IMG/VR virus record: IMGVR_UViG_3300033183_000299
Span: 107,508-171,507 of that record
Direction: 5' to 3' (one strand)
Length of the DNA stretch: 64,000 nucleotides
From: a virus
The notes below the pieces were generated by a model, which ran no database searches, was not told where the DNA came from, and worked only from the letters and a program-made list of their open reading frames with translations. The position numbers and the translations under genes were made by a program. Shown piece by piece: positions 8,806 through 18,523 of this stretch (positions within the stretch are counted from its first letter, which is position 1; each line of letters begins with the position of its first letter).

Positions 8806-9610
8806 TTCGTTTTACCTCCGCTAAAAGATCTTGAATGTAAAACACTTCCTCAACGATGTTGGAATTTAAAGGCTTTGTTGCATAACTGCCTAGCTTAGAC
8901 TTAACTTTTTTAAAATTTTCTTTTAATGATTCGTTTTGTGCTCTCGCTATTTCGGCCTCAACGGCTTCTTTGAGGCGACCAATTTCATCATTTAAGTAAG
9001 ACTTCAGCCCCAAGCCATTATCTGAGAATGATGTGATGAAGTTGGTCAAAAGATCCTTTTGTTCTTTGAGCAATGAATTCTCATAAGTCTCATTGAACCT
9101 CTTGACGAACATGTTGAATTCAAGATTATCGATATGCTTCATTTCATTCAAAGTCTCTTCTTTTCTTGATAAAAAGTTGACCATTTTGTTTTCAAGCATG
9201 ATTCTTTTTTTCGCATTTAGGTTGTCGTTTTGAAAGAACAGCCCGAGAGTCGCAAGATCCTTATAGTTCGGAACAAAATTTGCAAATGTTTGAGGTCCAA
9301 GAGCTTTGTTTATTTTGTTAATCAACGCTGTTTGTTCGTTGAAGATGCTCTTGCGATCTAACTTGTCAAAGTCAATTTTGCTTTCCTGCAAGAGTCGTCT
9401 CGAGAAATCTTCTTTGGCTTCTTTTGTCTCCATCAAACTACGGTAGATACTAAGCTCTTCCTTAAGAACCTTTCCTTTTGAAAAAAATTCTTTTAAAAGA
9501 CCCTTGACTTTTGTTTGTCTTGTTTTGTCTTCTTTGATGACTGCTTTCGTTAATTCACGAATCAAACATTCGTAAAGAAAAGCGGTATTTCTTTTCTTAT
9601 TGTGCTTCAT
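8795..9610 (-). CDS. Hypothetical head protein adjacent to portal
   Basis: 271 aa, starts MKHNKKRNTAFLYE, ATGA-coupled to the portal gene. Confidence 0.7.
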   Translation of the reverse strand: MKHNKKRNTAFLYECLIRELTKAVIKEDKTRQTKVKGLLKEFFSKGKVLKEELSIYRSLMETKEAKEDFSRRLLQESKIDFDKLDRKSIFNEQTALINKINKALGPQTFANFVPNYKDLATLGLFFQNDNLNAKKRIMLENKMVNFLSRKEETLNEMKHIDNLEFNMFVKRFNETYENSLLKEQKDLLTNFITSFSDNGLGLKSYLNDEIGRLKEAVEAEIARAQNESLKENFKKVKSKLGSYATKPLNSNIVEEVFYIQDLLAEVKRNAD

Positions 9611-11535
9611 GCTTTGTCTTCCTTTTTCGTTAATGATTCAATTAGCGTTTTAAGTTCGCTGCTTGTGTTAAATAGTTTCTCTTCTTCAATTTCATTTGAC
9701 TCGTAAATACCGCGGGCAAGAGAGTCCATTCCCCCAAAGCCAACTTTACCAGGAAATGTTGTTCTTGAAGTTGACCCTCGTACTTCTCCACTAAATGCTT
9801 GGTTCTTCATTTGCTTTGAAAAGCCGCCTTTGCGATATGAAGATTTGTGTCTTTTATATGGTCCTCGAGGCTTTGCGTCATCATCACGCTTTGCTGGTGG
9901 TTCTGCTAAAAGATCTCCCTCTTCTCCTCCGGCATCTCCTCCGGTATCTCCGCCAAGGTCGTCACCTAGGTCACCGCCTAAGTCATCTCCGCCTCCGAGG
10001 TCATCTCCCAAATCTCCTCCAAGGTCTCCACCACCGCCAAAGTCTCCGAGACCACCACCGGCATCACCACCGCCTTCTTCTGGTGGTTGACCTGCAGCCT
10101 CTAGTGAAGCCATGAATTTCTTGTCTGAGAACATTTCACGTTGCATACGAAGGTATTCATCCTGAGATAAGCCAAGTAGATTTTCAGAAATCCAACGACG
10201 AGAGAAGTATCCTTCGGTTGCAGCACCAGCAATATCGAATTTGGTCTTCCAGTGCTCTAGCTCTTGCATCTCAGCAATCTTCGATGGGTTATTGAGCGAC
10301 AGTTTGAAGTTCAAAAGGTCATCACCGCGATAGCCTAATGTGTATAGATGGACAATTCCGATCTTCTCAAGTTCAGATATCAATACACGTTGTAATCTTT
10401 GAATGGTTCTTGCAAACCTGATATCTTTTTGTGCGAGAGTTGTCTTATCTTCGGTAGCGCCTTCGCCCATTGAGAGATAAGACTGTGGAACTTTCAGCGC
10501 TGAAAATAGTTTGTCTCGAAGATACTTAACGTCTTCGATCTGTGCTGTAAATTGCCCTCCAGGAAGGTTAACGATGTCTGTGGAGCTTTGTCCGCCTTTA
10601 ATAGGGATAAAGTAGTCCTCTTCGATGGAAAGTGGATTGTAACGCAAATCTACGCGTCCTGTGGTTGGGTCTACAACTTGGTGACGTTTCATCTGAGTCA
10701 TTACTTTCTGCATGTATTGCTCAACGTCTTGAGGAGCAATGCCTCCAACGTCAATCTTGAACACACGTCGCTCTGGAGACCTTGTAATACGATAGGCCAT
10801 CATTGCGTCTTCCAAGAGCGTAAGCTGTCTCCAAATGCGTCTGGAGGGCTCTAAAACGGATGTTCCATAGGGGGCATGCTTATCATTTCCGAGAACTCTG
10901 AAGTGGGCTATTTGCCAATTCTCCAAAGTTAAGCCGGCGTTATTCCATTGAAACTGAACGTAATTAGGATTTGTTGGGTCTTCACCTTCAAGTCTCTCGA
11001 CCTCCTGTGGAGGCAATCCGATGCAATTTTGAATTCCTTTGTTTTCATCTAAATCTAAATACAGAAACATGTCTCCATATTTGCACATGGTTCTAGCCCA
11101 ACCGAATAGGTTGTGCTCAATATTCATTACATTGAAGTACAAAGAATGAAGAAGATATTTGATTTCATCATTAGGGCAATTAATATGCAACATTGGAGTT
11201 AGCGCAGAGTGCGTGGTCATCTCGTCTGCATAGATATCGAGAGATGAGGCAATCTCTGGTGTGAATTCCATCTGATCAAAATCAACATATCTCTCGGAAC
11301 GATTTCTATTTGAAATCATATTGAGAGTCATAATGTTCATTGGATTATATTCAGTCTTTTTGAACTGCTTTCCAGATGCTGACTTGAAACGCTTTGCGTA
11401 TATGTCCAAGTGTCTGCGTCTTAACTGACGACCAGACTGAGTTCTCCTTTGAGTAAGAGGTCCGGAGAACATTCTCGTCAAAGATTTGAATAAGTCATTT
11501 TGATTGTTGTTTGGGTTTCTATCGTTGCGAGCCAT
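9607..11535 (-). CDS. Portal protein (T4 gp20-like)
   Basis: LEDAMMAYRITRSPERRVFKIDVG, EDYFIP, LPGG, DVKYLRDKLFSALKVP, DIRFARTIQRLQ motifs. Confidence 0.95.
   Translation of the reverse strand: MARNDRNPNNNQNDLFKSLTRMFSGPLTQRRTQSGRQLRRRHLDIYAKRFKSASGKQFKKTEYNPMNIMTLNMISNRNRSERYVDFDQMEFTPEIASSLDIYADEMTTHSALTPMLHINCPNDEIKYLLHSLYFNVMNIEHNLFGWARTMCKYGDMFLYLDLDENKGIQNCIGLPPQEVERLEGEDPTNPNYVQFQWNNAGLTLENWQIAHFRVLGNDKHAPYGTSVLEPSRRIWRQLTLLEDAMMAYRITRSPERRVFKIDVGGIAPQDVEQYMQKVMTQMKRHQVVDPTTGRVDLRYNPLSIEEDYFIPIKGGQSSTDIVNLPGGQFTAQIEDVKYLRDKLFSALKVPQSYLSMGEGATEDKTTLAQKDIRFARTIQRLQRVLISELEKIGIVHLYTLGYRGDDLLNFKLSLNNPSKIAEMQELEHWKTKFDIAGAATEGYFSRRWISENLLGLSQDEYLRMQREMFSDKKFMASLEAAGQPPEEGGGDAGGGLGDFGGGGDLGGDLGDDLGGGDDLGGDLGDDLGGDTGGDAGGEEGDLLAEPPAKRDDDAKPRGPYKRHKSSYRKGGFSKQMKNQAFSGEVRGSTSRTTFPGKVGFGGMDSLARGIYESNEIEEEKLFNTSSELKTLIESLTKKEDKA
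9900..10090 (-). repeat. Gly/Asp low-complexity repeat (GGDLGDDLG) in the portal C-terminal tail
   Basis: Tandem degenerate repeats in DNA and protein. Confidence 0.8.
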
Positions 11536-11538
11536 TTT

Positions 11539-13116
11539 TTATCCTTTGTATATCCACAAAAAATCTTTTGTGCTTTTTATTTCCTCCTCGTATTTTTGCT
11601 CGAACGTTTCATTGTAAATTTTCTGGCCTTTGATTTGAGTGTTCATCGTTGTTGTCGATTTCATCAAACCACCTAGCATCGCCTTTTTGTAGGCCATCTC
11701 TCTTTCATTTTCTGATAGTGCCGTATCTCTAACCCAGCAGGCTATTGCGAGAGACATCACCAAATCATCATTGTAAGATCGCATGGCTTGAGGTTTACCG
11801 TTGTGCCAAATAAAAGTTTTTAGTTCGTGAAAAACACGATTTGAGTGTATATTAATTAGTTTGTTTCTAACGTACTCTTCTAATTTGGCCACAATAAGCG
11901 GTCTTGTCTTTGTTGATGTCGTAAAACCCAGTACTGCTCTAGAGTCACCTTCTGCTAGATATGACTCGACATACTCATGAGTTGATTTAATAGAGTAATA
12001 AAGTTTTTTATACTCCATGTCTTTTAGCTTTTCTAGAATTGCTATACCAATACCATTGTTCTCGACAACAAGTAGGCACGAGCCATACTCATTACCAGCA
12101 CTGTAAAGTATCCCAGCATACATATCTAAATCTGGCTTGCCCTGATATTCAGCTACCACAGTCATGGTATCTACTCTCAAAATGTGAAAACATGAAAAGT
12201 CAGCACCATCACCCCTAGCCACATCAGCAACCAGAAGATAGGGAACTCCTTCTTGGTACTTTTCCCAAATCCAAAAATTTCTATCATAGCCAGTTTTGTA
12301 TTGCGGCTCGGTGATTTCTCCATGAATTCTTTCAAGATCCTCTGGATTAATGACTGTCTCCCCGGAAGCATTGAAGGAGCACTCAAGCTCTTGTGCGATT
12401 TGTCTCTTAGACATGTTGCGAGTTTCTTTTTCAAACCATGCTTGGTCTCTATCTGGATGTACATCCCAATTTAAAGTTGTAGGATAGAAATCATTCATTT
12501 CTGTTTCAGCTTCGGTAAACGTTTTGTGAAACCAATTTCCAACCCCGTTAGGAGTGCTCAGAGCGATACAGCGGCCCCCTGTAGACAAAGTAGGGTAAAG
12601 ACCCGTCCAAAGCTCTTCGAGGCCGTCAACGAACGCTGCCTCGTCTATAATGAGCAAGGACAATGCTTCCGAACGACCAGCATCTCCAGATGTGGTTCCG
12701 GCTTTTACCTGAGATCCATTTGTAAGCTCAAATGACTGTTTGTTGTCGGTTTGGATTTTCGCGATCATCATCCACGATGGGAGATTTCTGAAGATCATTT
12801 TTACCTTTTTTACAAGGTTTGTTGCTGTGGAAAGTTTCGTTGCGATAACGAGAACATTCTTTTCTCGATGAAACAGCATGAACCAAGCAACATAGGCAGC
12901 TGAGATTGTCGAGATCCCAAGCTGCCTTGCTTTTAAAATAACGTTGAAACGATAATCATTAAAGGACTTAAGCATGTCTCTCTGGTAGTCGTAAGTCTTA
13001 AATGGAATTTGACCTTTGAGAGGATGAGAGATCTTACAATAATTGTCGATGAAGTATTGAGGATCTTTTCCGCACCTTACAAGTTCTTTAACGATTTCAT
13101 TTTTGGTGAGTTTCAT
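11539..13116 (-). CDS. Terminase large subunit (T4 gp17-like)
   Basis: LKARQLGIST Walker A, LLIIDEAAF Walker B, LSTPNG, ADVARGDGADFS and NDDLVMSLA nuclease motifs. Confidence 0.95.
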   Translation of the reverse strand: MKLTKNEIVKELVRCGKDPQYFIDNYCKISHPLKGQIPFKTYDYQRDMLKSFNDYRFNVILKARQLGISTISAAYVAWFMLFHREKNVLVIATKLSTATNLVKKVKMIFRNLPSWMMIAKIQTDNKQSFELTNGSQVKAGTTSGDAGRSEALSLLIIDEAAFVDGLEELWTGLYPTLSTGGRCIALSTPNGVGNWFHKTFTEAETEMNDFYPTTLNWDVHPDRDQAWFEKETRNMSKRQIAQELECSFNASGETVINPEDLERIHGEITEPQYKTGYDRNFWIWEKYQEGVPYLLVADVARGDGADFSCFHILRVDTMTVVAEYQGKPDLDMYAGILYSAGNEYGSCLLVVENNGIGIAILEKLKDMEYKKLYYSIKSTHEYVESYLAEGDSRAVLGFTTSTKTRPLIVAKLEEYVRNKLINIHSNRVFHELKTFIWHNGKPQAMRSYNDDLVMSLAIACWVRDTALSENEREMAYKKAMLGGLMKSTTTMNTQIKGQKIYNETFEQKYEEEIKSTKDFLWIYKG

Positions 13117-13126
13117 TTACTCTCCA

Positions 13127-13684
13127 TTACTTCTTTTGATTATCGGAAGCCTTAATCTTTTCATTTTGAGGGCGCTTTGCTTTTGCGAACTCTAAAAACT
13201 TTTTAGTAATGTCGCGAGTTGTATCTTCCGAAGGAGATTGAATCTCATCCATTTGTAAGCCGCCAATCTTGTAATGTTGGTAAGCCTGAACAAATGTGCG
13301 AACGTTTGAGGTCGTTTGAACAATAACTTGCGGATCACCTTTCGCAGTTAAAGAAACAGAGTTTCCAGTGATTGCTTTATATTCTTTTTGTAAGAACTTT
13401 TTTACTTCATTGATTGTGCGAGTGATTTCATTCTCAAAACCATTCTCCTTAAGGTCTTTCATCATCACATCAGATTGATAATTGATGATCATGGAGTCGC
13501 CATAGAACTTAACCTTGAAGCCGTCGATACAACGCTTATCAAGAAGAGGAATGCCTTCCTCTCGCATTAGGCCAACTTTGCGTGCCTTGCCGTCGTGTGA
13601 ATAGTTTTCCATGTGAGCGCCGTCATAAGCATTTGCTGCTGCTTGGGCGAGCCCTTGGACAATTTCTAAAATTTCTTTACTCAT
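13127..13684 (-). CDS. Hypothetical protein
   Basis: Start at ATG 13684 (MSKEILE), ATGA overlap with the upstream gene. Confidence 0.65.
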   Translation of the reverse strand: MSKEILEIVQGLAQAAANAYDGAHMENYSHDGKARKVGLMREEGIPLLDKRCIDGFKVKFYGDSMIINYQSDVMMKDLKENGFENEITRTINEVKKFLQKEYKAITGNSVSLTAKGDPQVIVQTTSNVRTFVQAYQHYKIGGLQMDEIQSPSEDTTRDITKKFLEFAKAKRPQNEKIKASDNQKK

Positions 13685-14049
13685 TTGTTTGGCCTCCAAC
13701 CTGATTTCCATCTTTCTTCACGCCCTTCAACCCATTGAATATAGCACTTAAGACAGCAATCAAATTTTGTCATGTAAAGGTCATCAACGGATTTGAAAGA
13801 ATAAGTATTGCAAATTGGGCATGAACGCTTTGATTCTCTATTAAGTAGTTCTTTTGAGATTAAAACACCGTTCAAGTCTCTCATTGGAGACTCTTGTTTT
13901 TCTTGTCTGTAATTTGACTTAAGTTGTTCGAGATATTCTTTTTCCTTTTCATTATCCCATTGAGACTTTGGATTGACTATGGCTTCTTCGCCATATTTTT
14001 CAGCGATTGCTTTTTCAACTTTTGCAGCATAATTTGGATCTTTGCTCAT
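13681..14049 (-). CDS. Hypothetical zinc-finger protein
   Basis: CPIC...CCLKC motif. Confidence 0.65.
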   Translation of the reverse strand: MSKDPNYAAKVEKAIAEKYGEEAIVNPKSQWDNEKEKEYLEQLKSNYRQEKQESPMRDLNGVLISKELLNRESKRSCPICNTYSFKSVDDLYMTKFDCCLKCYIQWVEGREERWKSGWRPNK

Positions 14050-14453
14050 TAATTCTCCACGATTTGATTAACAGAATAGTAAGTCAATAGAGATGCTGCC
14101 GTACCAGTTAGAAATCCTCCAAAAAAGATCCATGATGCTCTTTTTGGGTTCACATGCTTTCTCAACATCTCGATTTCATTATCTTTGATCTCCATGAGAA
14201 GCTCATGTCTCTTTGTCAAAGTTTCCTTTTCAGCCTCTAAATAGTCAATGTGGAGGTCTTTTTCTGCTAACTTGAGAGAATAGTCGAGGGTCTTTTGGAT
14301 GTCGCACTGTTCCTCGGTGAACTCCCTCATGGTCAAAATTGAGGCAACTGCTTCATCGTTGAACAATCTACCATTAAAAGGAGCCGTCTCGCCCTCGGAG
14401 AGTGGGGTCATCAACGGCTCTGCAAATGACAATGAAACTAATAGCCAAATCAT
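14049..14453 (-). CDS. Exported membrane-anchored coiled-coil protein (lysis cassette candidate)
   Basis: Short signal MIWLLVSLSFA|EP, coiled coil, C-terminal TM (WIFFGGFLTGTAASLL). Confidence 0.55.
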   Translation of the reverse strand: MIWLLVSLSFAEPLMTPLSEGETAPFNGRLFNDEAVASILTMREFTEEQCDIQKTLDYSLKLAEKDLHIDYLEAEKETLTKRHELLMEIKDNEIEMLRKHVNPKRASWIFFGGFLTGTAASLLTYYSVNQIVEN

Positions 14454-14821
14454 TTTAATTTCGCAATATTAAATTCTTCCAACAACAATCGATCGATTGC
14501 TTCAGGGTCCTCTTTGGCAAGCTCAAGCAACTCAAGCTTTCTATTTAGAGTTTCTTTCTCGAGTTCCGTCTTCGCAACTCTTGCTTCTTTTCTAAGTTTG
14601 ATCCGTGTATTCACATACTTCTGATGTGCTTTTGCTATGGACAACTTTTCTTCAGCAGATAGTTCTTTCTCTATTTCAATTTCTTTTTCTTTGCTCTCGG
14701 TAACTTCGAGAACTAGTTTATCGGATGCTCGCTTTCCACTGCGTCCAATAGCAAAGGCCAATAGTGCAACACCAGCAGCAGCGAACCATTCCCACTTTTC
14801 TTTAATGTATTCCCAAATCAT
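14450..14821 (-). CDS. N-terminal TM plus coiled-coil protein (i-spanin-like topology)
   Basis: WFAAAGVALLAFAIG followed by a charged helical region. Confidence 0.55.
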   Translation of the reverse strand: MIWEYIKEKWEWFAAAGVALLAFAIGRSGKRASDKLVLEVTESKEKEIEIEKELSAEEKLSIAKAHQKYVNTRIKLRKEARVAKTELEKETLNRKLELLELAKEDPEAIDRLLLEEFNIAKLK

Positions 14822-15033
14822 CCGTGTCTCCAAGTTCTTGCGAAGTCAATCGCAGTTTGGCCACCGATGTAGGTCATGGCGATCATCCCCCATGTGTCGG
14901 CATCTAATCCAACGCCCAAATACAAAAGGGCAGTAGCGACAGCGAATACAAGGAGCTTTCTTGAGATTGCTCTTTCCATTACGCTATCGATAATGCCCTT
15001 CTTTTCTTCTTTTGATTGTTTAGAGTCTTCCAT
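14818..15033 (-). CDS. Holin-like small membrane protein
   Basis: 71 aa, two TM segments (SRKLLVFAVATALLYLG; WGMIAMTYIGGQ), late motif upstream. Confidence 0.55.
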   Translation of the reverse strand: MEDSKQSKEEKKGIIDSVMERAISRKLLVFAVATALLYLGVGLDADTWGMIAMTYIGGQTAIDFARTWRHG

Positions 15034-15057
15034 AATAAGTTCTCCTATGGTTGACCC

Positions 15058-15065
15058 TAAGTAGT
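15058..15065 (-). promoter_or_regulatory. Putative late promoter ACTACTTA
   Basis: Intergenic, heads the holin-terminase-portal run. Confidence 0.6.
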
Positions 15066-15073
15066 TTCAGAGT

Positions 15074-17683
15074 TTACAATTTGACTTGTGCATACCCGTC
15101 AGTCTTATCGATCTCAATTGTTGTATCAACAATGTCCTTGAGACTTTCTAAATGAGTGATCAGCAATACTGTTTTGAATTGAGTTTTGATCATCTGAAGT
15201 AATTGAACAAAACCTTCCATATGCTCAGCATCTAATGCCGTTGCCGGTTCATCAAGAATGAATAGTTGGCTCTTTGGTAGAGACGATACTGAGATTAGGG
15301 CAAGTCGAACAGCCATAGAAGCAATTGTCTTTTCAGCACCAGACCCCATGGACAATGGTCGAGCATCATATTTCGGATGCTTTAGGTAGACCTCCAACTT
15401 ATCTCCATCCTCAGCAAAGAACACTTGAAAATCAACGATGGAAGAAAGAACTTTTTGGATCTCATCGTTGATGATTGGAAGCATTGATTTGATAACTTCG
15501 TATGAAATTCCATTCGCATGAGTTGCTTTTACAAAGATGTCATAAGCAATGTAATCACGCTCAGCTTCTTTGATTTGTTCAATTCTCTCATTGGCTTCCT
15601 GAATCATACGTTCAGCAGAACCTTTTTCAGACATGTACCCAAGAACCTTTTCATCGCATCGTTTGATATCGGCAATCTTCAAATCAACAGTCTTATTGAT
15701 TGCTAATAAGTCTCTCTTAAGGGAGGAAAGGTTTTCATACGCTTCAATGTTTTCGTTGTAGTATGCGATATCTGAATTGAGCTTCTCGATACGATGCTCA
15801 GCTAAAGATGCTTTACCTTCAAAGTTTTCCCACTGAATACTCATGTTTCTGATTTCATCAGTTAGTTTCTTATGAGATGTTTTGCTATCTGAATATCGAT
15901 TGATAATGTTGTTCAGCGCTTCTTCATCAAACAAAGAACCTTTCATTTTAAGATCCAAAAGCTTTGACTTGATGTCTTCAATCTCAATATTCATTGGAGG
16001 TACTTTGCTTTTTGCTGCTTCCGCTTCCTTTACAAACTCATTATCGCAACAATATTTACAATCCGGATCGTACTCATGACCTTTGAGCATATCTATCTTT
16101 GATTGTAAGTTATCTCTCTTACGAGTTTTGCTTTGGAGGTCTTTGGTCAACTCTTTTAATTCTGACTTGATGGTCTCTAGGTCTTTGAGTTCAAGTTCAG
16201 CCTTATTGGAAGCTTCAAGCATGCTTGGAAGAGAAGAGGTCAAATCTTCAATCTGAGAGCGTTTTGACTTAATCTTGGTAGACAATGCCTCCATTTGATT
16301 GCGAGAACTTGAGAGTGTCTTTTCGGCCTCTTTAAGAAGTGATTTGACTGAATCAATATCTATCTCTTTTTGGGATGCTGCCTCTACTTGTTCTTTGATC
16401 ATCGTTTGTTCTTGTTTAAGGGTATCTAAACGGATATTGTGTCGATCGCATAAGTCTTTTTGAACCTCGATATCTTCAAGGATCTCGGACAACTCCTCTT
16501 TCGCTCGAGACAATTTCTTATCCCAATCAGCAGATTGAAGATGTTTGATTACGCCACGCATTTCGGCAGAGTCTTGCTTTGCTAGTTTGTGCATTTGATC
16601 AAATATTTGAAGATCCAAAAACTTAGCCAGAATTTCTTTGCGTTTCGTTGATCCTTCGCTGATAAATCCAAAAGAATCGTTCTGTGCTGCTAGAGAGGTC
16701 ATCATAAAGTCCTCTAATGACCCAAAAGTATCCTTGATGTTATCATCAGTTTTGTTTCGGGTATCTCCATTTTTGGACTCCGGAGTTGTTCCAAAGTTAT
16801 ACTTTGTAAAGTCTAGCTCTGTTTTAGCCGAGATGACTTCTCGACCTTTAGACTTTCCGGTTGTTTTTTCGAGGCTTCGAGCAATTTTATAAACATCATC
16901 GCCGACAGCGATCTCGAGCTTACAAGAAGCTCTTTCTTGGTTTTGATTGATGATATGGACATTCTTTCTTTCTCCCTTAGATGTAGTATTAAATAGGCCA
17001 AACAAAGCAGCGTCAATAATTGAAGACTTGCCTGAATAGTTTTTACCGAAGATGCCCACAAGCCCATTTAACTTGCTGAAATCTAGAGTATTGCCTTTTC
17101 CGTAATTAAATAGGTAGTCCCACTTCATTTTCTTAATATCCCAAACAACATTTCGAGATACGCCGTTCGATGAATCAACTTTCTTTAAATACTCTTGCGA
17201 AAGCTCAACTACGCGATCTTTGACTGAGTCTTCAACTTCATTTGTCTCCATAAATTCACGAAGAAACTTTTCTTGATTCTTTGGGTCTCGCATGTTGATT
17301 GCCTTACCGCCATTGGCTGAAGACACCGAAGCTGATGACTGAGAATTGTTTACAAAAGAAACCGAATGAGTCGACCACTTAACTTGGGCGTAATCGCAGG
17401 CTCTCTTTAATTTTGCTGTGGGTAAGTTATAATTACAAACCAATCGTAAACGAGCATTCTTGGGTACATCTACATTGGGTAGTGTACCATCTTGATTTAG
17501 ATGCACTGTAATAAATGGTCGAGGAGATTGGAATAATCTTTTCTCGATTGAATGCTTGTCTTTGGAGTGAATATTCCAAATCAAATAACCTTTTAGGCGA
17601 GACTCTCCAAAGTTCTGTTGCACAGTGCTGCCTGCATAAATGCAGATGCACTTCTTTTTTCTTAATTTAATTTTTTTAGCCAT
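15074..17683 (-). CDS. SbcD/Mre11 C-terminal fragment fused to SbcC/Rad50 (gp46-like) ATPase
   Basis: Begins MAKKIKLRKKKCICIYAGSTVQQNFGE (the YxGS strand of SbcD). GKNYSGKSS Walker A, CKYC zinc hook, SMGSGAEK signature, FILDEP Walker B. Confidence 0.9.
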   Translation of the reverse strand: MAKKIKLRKKKCICIYAGSTVQQNFGESRLKGYLIWNIHSKDKHSIEKRLFQSPRPFITVHLNQDGTLPNVDVPKNARLRLVCNYNLPTAKLKRACDYAQVKWSTHSVSFVNNSQSSASVSSANGGKAINMRDPKNQEKFLREFMETNEVEDSVKDRVVELSQEYLKKVDSSNGVSRNVVWDIKKMKWDYLFNYGKGNTLDFSKLNGLVGIFGKNYSGKSSIIDAALFGLFNTTSKGERKNVHIINQNQERASCKLEIAVGDDVYKIARSLEKTTGKSKGREVISAKTELDFTKYNFGTTPESKNGDTRNKTDDNIKDTFGSLEDFMMTSLAAQNDSFGFISEGSTKRKEILAKFLDLQIFDQMHKLAKQDSAEMRGVIKHLQSADWDKKLSRAKEELSEILEDIEVQKDLCDRHNIRLDTLKQEQTMIKEQVEAASQKEIDIDSVKSLLKEAEKTLSSSRNQMEALSTKIKSKRSQIEDLTSSLPSMLEASNKAELELKDLETIKSELKELTKDLQSKTRKRDNLQSKIDMLKGHEYDPDCKYCCDNEFVKEAEAAKSKVPPMNIEIEDIKSKLLDLKMKGSLFDEEALNNIINRYSDSKTSHKKLTDEIRNMSIQWENFEGKASLAEHRIEKLNSDIAYYNENIEAYENLSSLKRDLLAINKTVDLKIADIKRCDEKVLGYMSEKGSAERMIQEANERIEQIKEAERDYIAYDIFVKATHANGISYEVIKSMLPIINDEIQKVLSSIVDFQVFFAEDGDKLEVYLKHPKYDARPLSMGSGAEKTIASMAVRLALISVSSLPKSQLFILDEPATALDAEHMEGFVQLLQMIKTQFKTVLLITHLESLKDIVDTTIEIDKTDGYAQVKL

Positions 17684-18471
17684 TTGTCCTCCATTTTATT
17701 TGACTTTTTTAAATTTTCTTTCCATGGAATGAATTGCAAGTTTGATATATCACCTATGATATCTGGGGATATATCGTTTAACCATCCATAGGAAATTGGT
17801 ATGATATGGTCCAAATGATAACAATCTTCATTCAAATCAGATCTCCCCCTTTTATCATAATGAGGCAAGGTAGATAAATCTTGAGATTCTGTTATTCTCT
17901 TTACTTGTTTATAATATCTTTCTTTATTGCTCAATTTGGCCTCATATTCTTCAAATGGAATTCCAACCATCGTCTCTATTAATGTTTTGCGTCGGCGCTC
18001 TATGACATCTGCATCAATCATAGAGGCTGCGAGTTCAAGCGAGCCGGAGCCATACATCTCTATGCATGTTTGTTCACATTTTTCTCGGCATTCTTTATTG
18101 GACCAATTGTGTCGAGAGCCATATTTTTCTAAATAAGTCTGTTTTCTCCTTTGAATAGATTCTGGTGACCATCCAAAATTATAGCCTGTTTCTTCAAAAA
18201 ATTTTTCTCTTGCTTCTTCTCGAGAAGACAAAACTTTGTCGACATAGTCTTCGTCTTTCCAAAATTCAATCATTGCTTTAGATTTCAAGAGTTTTGATTT
18301 CTCAGACTGCTCTTTCCCATACATATGGTTTCCTTCACCTTTCATTATTTTCTTTTTATGTTCATCGACGCAGTTTCTAGAGCAATAGTGTCTTTTCGAT
18401 CTCTTGAGTCTAGATGTTGCTTTTTCAAATTCAACACAGCAATTATCGCACTTTATTTTAGTCATTTTCAT
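17662..18471 (-). mobile_element. Free-standing HNH homing endonuclease inserted in sbcD
   Basis: N-terminal CxxC...YCSRNC, NUMOD3-like GEGNHMYGK, KQTYLEKYG repeats, C-terminal HLDHIIP...NLQFIPWKENLKK. Has its own SD and late motif. Confidence 0.85.
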
Positions 18472-18506
18472 TTTTTACTCCTCCCTTATGTTTTGTTGGA
18501 TAGTAG

Positions 18507-18514
18507 TAAATAGT
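18507..18514 (-). promoter_or_regulatory. Putative late promoter ACTATTTA of the HNH gene
   Basis: Motif match between the sbcD-N stop and the HNH start. Confidence 0.6.
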
Positions 18515-18523
18515 TTTGCTGAA

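Noticed and set aside
9795-10115. Pro/Ser-rich and Leu/Arg-rich plus-strand ORFs
   Set aside because: Antisense of the portal Gly/Asp repeat.
11539-13116. Terminase start MKLTKNEIVKEL as a member of the IIKEE leader family
   Set aside because: Similarity is limited to the first few residues and this region is a normal part of the terminase N-terminus.
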